NCBI GenBank assembly: GCA_910585345.1
Contig: CAJUDS010000006.1
Location: forward strand, 57,315-121,314
Length of the DNA stretch: 64,000 nt
DNA from: an uncultured Lachnospiraceae bacterium
GTDB lineage: Bacteria > Bacillota > Clostridia > Lachnospirales > Lachnospiraceae
Direction: 5' to 3'
Position numbers and translations under genes: made by a program. Every line of letters starts with the position of its first letter. Positions within the stretch are counted from its first letter, which is position 1. Shown here piece by piece: positions 29,195 through 38,559 of this stretch. The notes under the pieces were generated by a model that did no database searches, was not told the DNA's origin, and saw only the letters and a program-made list of their open reading frames with translations.

Positions 29195-29845
29195 CTACCT
29201 GTAGTAGCTCATTTTCTTTTCCAAGTATTCCATAAATGCCGCAACGGCGAGATTAAATATATAATAAAATACCCCCGCCACCATCAGCGGCAGAATCGTA
29301 GTTTCCTTGGCGGCAATCTGCTTCGCTGCCGTAAACATTTCCACCACCGCAAGCACAAAGGCAAGCGACGTATCCTTAACAAGTGTAATCGTCTCATTGG
29401 TTACCGACGGCAGAATCCGTTTTACCACCTGTGGCAGAATGATCTTACAGAACGTCTGTACTCTGCTGTAGCCCAGCACCTGCGCCGCCTCATACTGACC
29501 GACCGGCATCGACTCGATACCGCCCCTGTAAATCTCCGCAAAATAGGCGGCGTAATTCAGGGCAAAAGCGAGAATCACGGCCGTAAAGCGGTACGAAGCG
29601 GATATCTTTAAGCCAAACACGTAATACGGAGCAAAATACACAACAATAAGCTGCAGCATCAACGGCGTCCCCCGCATAACCGATATGTATATTTTGGTCA
29701 AAGTCCGCAGCGGAAAATGCTTTGACATTCTCCCAAAAGAGATCACCAGCCCAAGCGGTAAGGAAAACAGCAGTGTCAGGAAAAAAATCTCCACCGTAAT
29801 AACCATACCCTCGCCCAGTTGTGCAACCATCAATGACAAGTCCAT
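29195..29845 (-). CDS. Polar amino-acid ABC transporter permease
   Basis: RGTPL, AYFAEIYRGG..GQYEAA, KDTSL. Confidence 0.95.
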   Translation of the reverse strand: MDLSLMVAQLGEGMVITVEIFFLTLLFSLPLGLVISFGRMSKHFPLRTLTKIYISVMRGTPLMLQLIVVYFAPYYVFGLKISASYRFTAVILAFALNYAAYFAEIYRGGIESMPVGQYEAAQVLGYSRVQTFCKIILPQVVKRILPSVTNETITLVKDTSLAFVLAVVEMFTAAKQIAAKETTILPLMVAGVFYYIFNLAVAAFMEYLEKKMSYYR

Positions 29846-30034
29846 AATGTCCTCCCGAATCTCCGTTCTTTTGTGATCAAAGCAATTACGGCAAACGATA
29901 TGCCAAAAAGCATACCATACCTATGTATACCGAATAGAATAAGGGATGAAAGATTCCCTTTGCATCCCTTATTCCATAAGCGCCGACCCAGTCTGTACCA
30001 AGTCTGGCGTATCAGACTTTTACTGTCCGCTTTT

Positions 30035-30931
30035 TTAATTTTCAGAGTCGCCGCCGAGACAAAGCATGGAGGCGTCAATACCATACTGCTTTGCCGTTTC
30101 CGCTACTACGCCTTCCGCGTTCAGTTCCAGAAGCGAAGCTTCTACTGTGTCTTTCAGCGCATCGTTGCCTTTCAGAAAACCGATGGCATACTGCTCTGTG
30201 GAAAGGGGCTCCTCCAGCATCACATAGCCGTCTCCACGCGACTCAATCTGATAAGCCGCAACCCCGATATCAATCGCCAGAGCCTCAATGGCCCCCTGTT
30301 CCAGATCCATAAACGCGGTATTGTAATCGGCATATTCCACCAGATTCGCAAAAGAAGAAGCAAGTTCCTGATTCTCCTCATCGGAAAGGGCAGCCAGTGC
30401 AGAAGAATCTTTCTGCACACCTACAATCTTTCCCGCCAGATCTGCCGCTGACGCAATCCCACTCTCCGCAGGCACTACAAACACCTGACTGTTGTCGATA
30501 TAAGGCACGCTCCATGTATAATCGTCCTCACGGCCGTTCATTGTAAAACCATTCCAGATACAGTCAATCGCCCCCGACGACAGCTCCATATCTTTCGCAT
30601 CCCAGTCAATCGGCTGCGCTACAAACTCCCATCCGTTCTTTTCACACACAGCACGAGCCAGATCCAGATCAAATCCCACGTATTCCCCCGATTCGTCCTT
30701 ATAGCCATAAGGCGGGAACTCCGCGTCAAACCCGACCGTAAAGGTCGTCCTATCCGTCTGCGCGCCTTCATCAGCCGCATTTTCCGTCCCGGCAGCGCCC
30801 GTTTCTGCCGCCGCTTCCGTCTCTGCCGCCGTCTCCGTCTCTGCGGGCGCTGCGCCCTGATCATTTCCGCAGGCAATCAGCATGGCCGCCGTCATGGAAA
30901 GCACGAGACCCATTGAAATCCATTTTTTCAT
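30035..30931 (-). CDS. Amino-acid ABC transporter substrate-binding lipoprotein
   Basis: MKKWIS..LIAC lipobox; VGFDAEFPP, GFDLDLA, DWD. Confidence 0.93.
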   Translation of the reverse strand: MKKWISMGLVLSMTAAMLIACGNDQGAAPAETETAAETEAAAETGAAGTENAADEGAQTDRTTFTVGFDAEFPPYGYKDESGEYVGFDLDLARAVCEKNGWEFVAQPIDWDAKDMELSSGAIDCIWNGFTMNGREDDYTWSVPYIDNSQVFVVPAESGIASAADLAGKIVGVQKDSSALAALSDEENQELASSFANLVEYADYNTAFMDLEQGAIEALAIDIGVAAYQIESRGDGYVMLEEPLSTEQYAIGFLKGNDALKDTVEASLLELNAEGVVAETAKQYGIDASMLCLGGDSEN

Positions 30932-31024
30932 AATTTTCCTCCTTATCTTCCCCTTTACAGGGGGCATCCACTTCTGTATACTACCATGATAAAGTGCTGC
31001 TGTCAACAAAAGAAATCCCCTGCG

Positions 31025-31070
31025 CACGGAAATCAATTTTGTGCCGAAAAACGGAAAATTGATTTCCATG
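31025..31070. repeat. 46-bp palindromic mini-element, copy A
   Basis: CACGGAAATCAATTTT-N14-AAAATTGATTTCCATG. Confidence 0.85.
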
Positions 31071-31079
31071 CCCCTTGGG

Positions 31080-31492
31080 CAGGACAAACGCATGAAGGAA
31101 CAAATTATAAACATTTGTGTGACAGCCGTAGTGAGCGCCCATTTGCCAAATTGACAGTTTCTGTATCAACTCCTGCCTGGTTCTGCGCAGTTTTCAGATA
31201 AAAGAATTTATCAGGATTTCGCAAGATAAATCATTCACACACCGAGCAAAAGTACAATTTCGCGAATTTGTATGCCATTTTCGGACAAGGATGTCCGCCA
31301 CTGTCATACAAATTCGCGAAAACTGTCTTTTTTACGGTGCATGTCATTGATTTATTTTGCGAAATCGAAAGTTAAGTATTGTCCTGAAAAACTGCGCAGA
31401 CTGCCCGGCGTACGCACAGAAATTATGCCGGGCAGCGCCCAGGAAAACCGATTCTGCATGTTCATAAAATGTTAACCCATGCGTTTGTCGTG
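31080..31492. mobile_element. 413-bp foldback MITE-like element, copy A
   Basis: TIR CAGGACAAACGCATG / CATGCGTTTGTCGTG; nested inverted repeats; flanks CCCCTTGGG / TCCCTTAGG; highly similar to 51209-51674. Confidence 0.88.
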
Positions 31493-31503
31493 TCCCTTAG
31501 GCG

Positions 31504-32700
31504 CTAGGACGCCTGCCCTTCCTCGTACTGGGAAACCAGCTCCATAATTTCCGGTGCGTATGCCGGGAACTCTTCTGCCAGAGCTTTCACTTCCATCTGT
31601 GCGCTCTCGGCTAACTGTTCATTGTATTCCATCTGTTTGCGCAGCTTCTGACGTCTCTGGATCAGATTGTGGCGAATCTCCACCATTTCCCCTTTATTGG
31701 TAATGGCCTGTGTCTGATACAGCCATATTTCCGGATCTTTGATCTGGAACCGGCGCAGGATGCGGAGCAGTTCTTTTCTCTGATAATCGAGTTCCGCATA
31801 CAATTCTTTAAATTTCAGCCGTTCTTCACGTTCCGCTTCATACTGTTTCCACAGCCGGATCATTTCTTCCAACGACTCCACCCCGTATTTTACATATAGA
31901 TATTCCAGCAGATTCGTATTATTCACATAACGGATCTTGACTTTATTCTGCAGAAGAATCAAACGGTTAATGGCTCTCTCCACCTGCTTCTTTTCCCTTA
32001 CCGCTTCCGTATATTTCAGATAAATCATAAACACCGCAAAAGCTGTGGCCGCCGCCGTGAGAATATACCCGATCCGGATGTCCATTTCCAGCAGAATCTG
32101 CAGCAAAAACAGAATCGCCATACAGGTTGCAAATGCAAAGCTGGTAATGATCATCATACCCCGCATATTTACCATCGTATTTCGTAAATCATGTTTCCTG
32201 TACTGGTAAGCATGTTTCTCCCCGGAGAGCCTGCGCATATCCTGGCGAATCTTCTCCTGATACGCTTCCGCCTCCTTCAGCTTCTGGATACTTTCCTCTG
32301 CCTCCGGCGCCATCCGCTCCATATGCCGGAAATCCGCTTCCGGCATATGATCCTTTCTCTCTTCATACAGATTTTTTTCCCTTTCGTAAGCGGTAATTTT
32401 ATCCGCAATGGCAAAAAGCTCCTTTTTTTCGGATCCGGGCAGCGCTTCCAGTTCCTCCATGTCCGTTAGATAAGAAGTAACCATGCTGTATTCCTTTGTC
32501 AGACTGCCGATCTGGATTTCCGCATCCTTCATCTGTTCCAGACAACTGCGCACATAACCCATCCGCTGTCCCTGGTCATACAGATTTACGCTGTCCCGCC
32601 GCAGGACACTGCCTTCCGCATTTTCCTCCGCTTCCCCGTCCGGGTATTCCCTATCTTTTGCTGCAAACCATTTTCCAAATAATTTTTTTAAAAATCCCAT
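31504..32700 (-). CDS. Coiled-coil protein with two central TM helices and amphipathic N-terminus
   Basis: Start MGFLKKLFGKWF at 32700; E/K/R-rich helices flank two hydrophobic segments. Confidence 0.8.
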   Translation of the reverse strand: MGFLKKLFGKWFAAKDREYPDGEAEENAEGSVLRRDSVNLYDQGQRMGYVRSCLEQMKDAEIQIGSLTKEYSMVTSYLTDMEELEALPGSEKKELFAIADKITAYEREKNLYEERKDHMPEADFRHMERMAPEAEESIQKLKEAEAYQEKIRQDMRRLSGEKHAYQYRKHDLRNTMVNMRGMMIITSFAFATCMAILFLLQILLEMDIRIGYILTAAATAFAVFMIYLKYTEAVREKKQVERAINRLILLQNKVKIRYVNNTNLLEYLYVKYGVESLEEMIRLWKQYEAEREERLKFKELYAELDYQRKELLRILRRFQIKDPEIWLYQTQAITNKGEMVEIRHNLIQRRQKLRKQMEYNEQLAESAQMEVKALAEEFPAYAPEIMELVSQYEEGQAS

Positions 32701-32702
32701 GT

Positions 32703-33527
32703 TTATTTCTCTCTCACCATGCTGCGGTATTCCTGTTTCATCTGTTCCACCGCATCCTCCAGAATATTCTGACGATCCGCTCTTTCCCGCCTGATTTTTT
32801 CCAATTCCTGCGCCTGCCTGCACTGCGTCCATTCCTGCGCCGTCCGCTCCACTCTTTTTTCCAATTCCAAAGACATCTGACGGCACTGCTCAGACTGCCC
32901 CGCAATAAAATCCACATACGCCTCTTCCGCAAGCAGCAGCCTTCTGGCCGCCAGAAACTGCAGAAAACTTTCCTTCTCTCCTGACAGCATATAAGCATTG
33001 TAAAAGAGCTCCGACGCCCTGTCAAATAAAAACAGCCGGCTGTTCACATATCCCATATTGTGCAGCACACTGGCCCGCAGTGCGGATTCCTCCTGCGGCA
33101 GATCATGCAGCAGCTCATGATACCGCATCATGGCAAGCTCATATTTACCGTTGCCCGCCAGATAGTCCGCAGCATTTTTCTGACGCTCATACGGGTCCGC
33201 AGCCGCGCCTGTCTGCAGAAATTCTCCGATCCGCCGCGTCTCCTCTTTCGGATAAAACCCCGTATATTCCAGTATCGCTGTCAGAAACACACTGACGGAA
33301 GATTTTGCTTTTACATGTCCCAGCAGCAAGTCTGCCAGTTCATCCAGACCACATTCTTCCCGCAGCCATTCAGCCAGTTCCCGGCATGCCATATCCTCGT
33401 CCATCAGAAATGTGTTTTCCCGGATACAATGGCAGAGTTCTTCCACCGTATAGACGGAGATATCCATTTTTTTCAGTAAATATGGAGTTCTCGCAGTATT
33501 TCCCGTACAAAGAATCACTCTGCCCAT
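32703..33527 (-). CDS. Hypothetical protein with TPR-like helices
   Basis: AADYLAGNGKYELAMMRYHELL...VLHNMGYV..LFDRASELFYNAY. Confidence 0.75.
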   Translation of the reverse strand: MGRVILCTGNTARTPYLLKKMDISVYTVEELCHCIRENTFLMDEDMACRELAEWLREECGLDELADLLLGHVKAKSSVSVFLTAILEYTGFYPKEETRRIGEFLQTGAAADPYERQKNAADYLAGNGKYELAMMRYHELLHDLPQEESALRASVLHNMGYVNSRLFLFDRASELFYNAYMLSGEKESFLQFLAARRLLLAEEAYVDFIAGQSEQCRQMSLELEKRVERTAQEWTQCRQAQELEKIRRERADRQNILEDAVEQMKQEYRSMVREK

Positions 33528-33561
33528 AGCCGCTCCTTTTCCCCTGTCCTCTTATGTTTTC

Positions 33562-34818
33562 CTATATTGTAAAATTCTCCTGCCAGGTTTTATGCGTGGC
33601 GGGATAAATTTCCCCAAACCCCAGATCTTCCAGCGTCATGCAGACATCTTTTTCCGACTGCATTGAGATAGACATACCGATACGGGACGCCCTTTCCCCC
33701 CGTCTTGGCAGGCCGTTTAAAATAATTTCCAGCTCCCTGCTCTCTTTTCCCGTCAGGGACGTAATACGGATCGAAAAGGAATTGCTCTCTTCCAGGTAAA
33801 ACTCACACTGCTTTTGCGCCTCAAACCAGTTGATTCCCGCGTCCAGCAGCGCATAGTAGGAGTCCTCGCCTCTTCGCAGCGCCTTCATACCCAGATTCGC
33901 TTTCAGTTTATCCTTTCCGAGAAAGATACAGGCCTTTTGCGCCTCATCGGGTACGGCTTTTCCCTCCGCGCCATAACACGCCCCCTTACTGTACAGATTA
34001 TTGCCCCTAAAAACCCTCCTGCCTCTGCACAGATAGCGCAGGGAAACAGGATACCAGTCGCCTTCAAAGCCCTTCCCGATCAGATAAGCGGAAGAAATCG
34101 CCCTGTCTGCGCATTCCTCCTGCAGAATCTGCAGCAGCGCCTCATCTTCCCGCAGCCCCGGATGTTCCCGCTCCTCCACAAAGGCAACCACCGGCACCGT
34201 CCTTCTGTTACATTCCAGACGGTATGTTTTGATTCTGTCTCCGTCACAGTCGCAGACAAGAACCTGCCCCATCCAAAGCTCTCTGGGCTGGTGAATCGTA
34301 TACTGATAAAAACTCTCCGCATGACTCTGAAAATAAATATGCGCCGCCGGAAGCTGCATCACGGACACTGCCTGGGCCAGTACTTCAATCATCCGCTGAT
34401 CGAGCACATCCACGGTAATCATCATTGTCCCGATCTGCTCCGGCGAAGCCGTCATGCTCAGAAGCGAAAGGCTCCGTTTCATGAAAAGCGCCAGCAGGGC
34501 GACCGGATCGAATGCTTCTTCTCCCACCTGTATCTTTGTACCTGCCCGCGCCAGCGTCAGTAAACGCTCCACCAAAACCGCCTTTCCCTCTTCGGCCTGC
34601 CGGACAGCCTCTCTGCCGAACAGCCACTGATTGCTCTCCGCCTTTCTGCAGAGCACGGTAGGAAAATTATACTGTTCTTCTCCCGTCACTACGGATACCG
34701 TTTCCGGACTCGCCTCCCCGGCCCGGCTGAAACTGATCTGCGACGTATCGTCCCCGATATCATAGCCTACCGCTATCCTGTTTTTTCTGCCTGTAAAATT
34801 CGCTTTTTCCAAGAACAT
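33562..34818 (-). CDS. Divergent Hsp70/actin-fold protein (DUF5716-like)
   Basis: VGYDIG, FPTVL, WLFGREA, VLVCD, YLIGKGF, YSKGACY are colinear with Hsp70 NBD motifs; DUF name recalled. Confidence 0.7.
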   Translation of the reverse strand: MFLEKANFTGRKNRIAVGYDIGDDTSQISFSRAGEASPETVSVVTGEEQYNFPTVLCRKAESNQWLFGREAVRQAEEGKAVLVERLLTLARAGTKIQVGEEAFDPVALLALFMKRSLSLLSMTASPEQIGTMMITVDVLDQRMIEVLAQAVSVMQLPAAHIYFQSHAESFYQYTIHQPRELWMGQVLVCDCDGDRIKTYRLECNRRTVPVVAFVEEREHPGLREDEALLQILQEECADRAISSAYLIGKGFEGDWYPVSLRYLCRGRRVFRGNNLYSKGACYGAEGKAVPDEAQKACIFLGKDKLKANLGMKALRRGEDSYYALLDAGINWFEAQKQCEFYLEESNSFSIRITSLTGKESRELEIILNGLPRRGERASRIGMSISMQSEKDVCMTLEDLGFGEIYPATHKTWQENFTI

Positions 34819-34854
34819 CTTTTCATTGCCTTTTCCTTAAAGATTCTGATGCTT

Positions 34855-37800
34855 TCACAGTAACGTGAACAACCGTTCTGCAGAAAAGTCCGTCTGATAA
34901 TACTCCTCCAGCATTTTTTCGGCCTTCGCACTCTCATGCTGTGAAACCGCTTCTATAAAGCGGTTGATTGCACCAAAACGCCCTGCCTGCAGCGTTTCCC
35001 CGTTACTGCCGTGCAAAACGCCGCTCTCAACCAGATTCTCCTTCTCTCCTTTTTTTTCGGTAATATAGTACTGCAGTGTCTCTCCTTCAAAAAGCAGAAA
35101 ACTTCTCGTATAGATACCGGCATAGCAGCACCGGAGTTCATCTGTATGATAAGCGCCGTTCCTTTCATCCGCCTTCAGCATATAATGAAGCAACAGCGGA
35201 TTTTCCGTTTCCGCCCGGTATTCCAGAAACGTCTGGTCCATAAAATAAACCATCTCCGGAACAAGCGGAAGGAACTGACGGAAAAATCCAAATACAATCC
35301 CTTTTTTTAAAATCAGGTCGTCCAAAAAAAGCCGCACCATCTGCCGCTCTTCCTCTTCCAGTTCTTCCTGACCGGAAAAAAATCTGAGAAGAGCAAGCTC
35401 GCAAATGATATCCTGCTGCTGTCCGTTTCGGCTTTTACGCTTTAATTCCCGCCAAAGAAGCGGTTCCGGTTCATATCCATGCACAAAATACCGGTAGGCA
35501 AGATGCAGCAGATATCTGTCCGTCAGACTTTCATCTGCGCTTCCCTCTAGGTATTTCCGAAATACGGCCCCCTCCTCCTCCACATACTCCCCTGTGAAAA
35601 GCATCTGCACAAGCAGCCGTTCGCACAGTTCGTAACTGCCCGTATCAAATCTGTCGCAGGCACGCCAGATTTCCCATAGTTCCCTGACGGTTCCTGTAAA
35701 ATGATGACTTAAATATTGCAATATATTATCGTCATATTTCCCGCAGCAGAAGGAAAAATATGACAGCATTGTCATGTCTTCTGACTCCATAAAATCATTG
35801 TATGTCAGCAGTCTGCTGCACAGCCTGGCAATCAGCTTTGGTTTTACATTTTCCGCTCCGTAGGCACATACCCATTCATATGCAATATCGTACATACCGC
35901 GCAGCACAAGACACTGCAGCGCTTCCACACGTTCCCGGCTGCGCAGCTGTCCGGGCTGCAGCTGTGGCAGAAACTGATCCAGCTCGTCCGCCATATCATA
36001 TGCCAAATAGTACTGCAGCAGTTTCGTTCCCAGTTCATTTTTATAAGACGCACAAATCCCTGCGCTGTTCCAGAGCTGCCTTGCATACTTTTCATTTTCC
36101 CCATCCACAGCCGTATACGTCTTTCCATGTTCGCACTGATAAAGCGTCACGCCTGTCTCGTCCTGGAAAAGCCCGGCCTCTTCCGGCAGTATTTCATAAG
36201 TCATCTCATCGGGATAGAAAAGGATTCTGTCCTCATATCCGATATCGCATACGAAACGGCCTCCGGAAGCCTTTTCAAAAACAAGATTGAAATCCGGATC
36301 ATAAAGCTGCACACAGGCGCATCCGTCGCAGACCTCACAGACGGTTTCCTCCTGCAGCTTTCCGTGTACGACAATAATCCGGCTCACATCAGGCATATCC
36401 ACCCGGATCTCATGAAAGAACAGCCTGTCCGCATAATTGCCCAGCATTTCTCCGCCCACAATTCCTTCCTGGATCAGTTCACGGAAAATGAACGCAATGT
36501 CCCTGTTCATCCTTCCTTTTTCTAACTGCTCTGTCAAAAACTTTTCCGCATCCGGAAGATAGATACGATACAGATCCGGATATTTCCCGCGCTTACGGAA
36601 CACATAGGCATACAGATACGCCATCCGCTCATACGGCAGCTCGCTGCGGTAGGAAAAATACCGGACCGCTGCCGCCGGTATCTTTTCATGGCTCTGCAAA
36701 TCCACAGACAACATATAATATTCATACAGCCTTGTCAGCCATAATTCGTGTTCTATGCCTTTCCGGTACCAGGCGGCATAGACAGGCCCGATTTTGTTTC
36801 CCTTAATCAGCAGCCCGCAAAGAGCCCGCAAAGACTCCTTATCTTTCTTTTTTTCATAACACACCTTTAAAATGGCATACATTCTCTCCGAATATTGCTT
36901 CATCCTGTCCGCCAGATAATGAATCTGGCCGATACATTCCGCTGTCAAATAGTCGTATTTTGCCATAAATGTCAGCGTTTGCAGCATAAAAGGAGTCAGT
37001 TTCATCAAAAACGCCGGATTTTTCCTTATCAGCATCGCGGCTTCCATATACCAGACAGGGCTGCGGCAGCCTTTTTCAAACTGCTGTTCCAGAAAAACCC
37101 ATTTCCTGGAAAGGCTTCTCCCGCACTCCTCATCCAAATACAAAAGCAGCCATGCCACTTCCCAGCCCGAATCACCGTTTTGCCATACCCTGCGGATCTC
37201 TTCTGTCACTGCCCTGATATAATGCTCATCTTCACTGACAAGTGTAGTCAAATAGAGATAATAACAGGCTGTCTTTGGGCTTGTCTCTTCCGGTATGATC
37301 CTATTGCCCACATGCTCCAAAACCCTTTTTGCCTCACTGTAACGCTCCTTTGTCAGCAGAATATGGGCCTGAAATAATTCCTTGACAGGTTCTTCCCGCT
37401 TAATCGTATCCATACCCGCTACGACCTTCTCTATTGCAGCCAGCCATTCCTGTCTTGAAATTTTCCCCATGCCATATTGCAGATAGCACTGGTAAAATGC
37501 AAGCGTTTTCTGTTTTCTATTCCTTCTGCGTTTCCCTGTCATTCGTTTTGTCCGGTTTACACATACCGGAATTTCCAAAGAAACGTATTCATTAAAAAAG
37601 CGTACCCTGCCGTAATTGCAACCGGCATGAAGAGCGCTGTGAAAAATAAGCAGCCCGCAGGCGCACTGATTTCCGAGAAAGTCATGTTCCGTAAGCACAT
37701 CTTTTTCCGTTTCCAAAAACGCCCCCTCAGTCTCTACCAGGAGCCGTGTATACCCCCATCCGTTTCTTGTCAGCGTTACAATTTCCCGCGTAATGTCCTC

Positions 37801-38421
37801 CTGGGAAAAAAGGGTAATCTCCTCTCTGTCGCAGGTATAGCGCACCTGCTGTTTTTTTCGTACCCACATCAGAAACTCTTCCACTTTTTGTTCCGTTTCG
37901 GGCGGTATGCGCAGCGCTCTGTAAACATTCAGGTACTGCTTATCATTTCCGGCCAGTACCTTTTCAAAATCAGGCGCGTAAAACGCCTTTACAGCCTCCT
38001 GCCAATTTACTTTTGCAAGATTGGCAAAATGAAACAGATTCTTCATCGGTCCCAGAGAAGTTTCGAACAGCCGCGGCGCTATGGTCACTGTATACGGGAG
38101 CGCAGACTCGCCCTGGCTGGATACAATTTTAAACGCCCCGCTGCAGACCTCCCCCTCTTCCAGACCCTTGCTGCAGAATTGAAAAAAAATCCGCGAGGGA
38201 TTTCCCGTAAATTCCCTGGTCTGGCATTGCATACGGATATCGTCCGGGACAACGATGCCGGAAAGTGCAAGCCCCTCCCGCCCGGCAATCGTAAAGCTCC
38301 CTTCTTCCGTTTCGCCAGGCCTTATGGAAAACTCTATTTTCGGACAGGAAAAAGAAAGGGAACCTTCCCCGCAAATGGATTTCTGCGCAAGTATTTCCAT
38401 AATTTTCTCTCTCTTGTCCAT
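34855..38421 (-). CDS. Very large protein with beta-rich N-terminus and helical repeats (DUF5717-like)
   Basis: About 1190-aa ORF leading a tight four-gene cluster; start could be GTG 38439; DUF name recalled. Confidence 0.75.
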   Translation of the reverse strand: MDKREKIMEILAQKSICGEGSLSFSCPKIEFSIRPGETEEGSFTIAGREGLALSGIVVPDDIRMQCQTREFTGNPSRIFFQFCSKGLEEGEVCSGAFKIVSSQGESALPYTVTIAPRLFETSLGPMKNLFHFANLAKVNWQEAVKAFYAPDFEKVLAGNDKQYLNVYRALRIPPETEQKVEEFLMWVRKKQQVRYTCDREEITLFSQEDITREIVTLTRNGWGYTRLLVETEGAFLETEKDVLTEHDFLGNQCACGLLIFHSALHAGCNYGRVRFFNEYVSLEIPVCVNRTKRMTGKRRRNRKQKTLAFYQCYLQYGMGKISRQEWLAAIEKVVAGMDTIKREEPVKELFQAHILLTKERYSEAKRVLEHVGNRIIPEETSPKTACYYLYLTTLVSEDEHYIRAVTEEIRRVWQNGDSGWEVAWLLLYLDEECGRSLSRKWVFLEQQFEKGCRSPVWYMEAAMLIRKNPAFLMKLTPFMLQTLTFMAKYDYLTAECIGQIHYLADRMKQYSERMYAILKVCYEKKKDKESLRALCGLLIKGNKIGPVYAAWYRKGIEHELWLTRLYEYYMLSVDLQSHEKIPAAAVRYFSYRSELPYERMAYLYAYVFRKRGKYPDLYRIYLPDAEKFLTEQLEKGRMNRDIAFIFRELIQEGIVGGEMLGNYADRLFFHEIRVDMPDVSRIIVVHGKLQEETVCEVCDGCACVQLYDPDFNLVFEKASGGRFVCDIGYEDRILFYPDEMTYEILPEEAGLFQDETGVTLYQCEHGKTYTAVDGENEKYARQLWNSAGICASYKNELGTKLLQYYLAYDMADELDQFLPQLQPGQLRSRERVEALQCLVLRGMYDIAYEWVCAYGAENVKPKLIARLCSRLLTYNDFMESEDMTMLSYFSFCCGKYDDNILQYLSHHFTGTVRELWEIWRACDRFDTGSYELCERLLVQMLFTGEYVEEEGAVFRKYLEGSADESLTDRYLLHLAYRYFVHGYEPEPLLWRELKRKSRNGQQQDIICELALLRFFSGQEELEEEERQMVRLFLDDLILKKGIVFGFFRQFLPLVPEMVYFMDQTFLEYRAETENPLLLHYMLKADERNGAYHTDELRCCYAGIYTRSFLLFEGETLQYYITEKKGEKENLVESGVLHGSNGETLQAGRFGAINRFIEAVSQHESAKAEKMLEEYYQTDFSAERLFTLL

Positions 38422-38448
38422 AAATGACGCCGCCCTCACTTTATCACT

Positions 38449-38500
38449 GCAGAAATTAATTTTCCGTGCTTTACAGCACTTCCGATTTGACTTTTCCGTG
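38449..38500. repeat. Degenerate solo copy of the palindromic mini-element
   Basis: GAAATTAATTTTCCGT..GCAC..ATTTGACTTTTCCGTG resembles the reverse complement of 31025-31070. Confidence 0.6.
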
Positions 38501-38559
38501 TATAAAACTATAATAAGTATAGCATGATTTATAGTACAAGTTCAAGAATGGAGAGGCAA

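Noticed and set aside
31272..31475. Near-identical short ORFs MPFSDKDVRH... at 31272 and 51401
   Set aside because: They are inside the palindromic element, have no transposase features, and diverge after the 53-bp indel; best explained as chance ORFs in a repeat.
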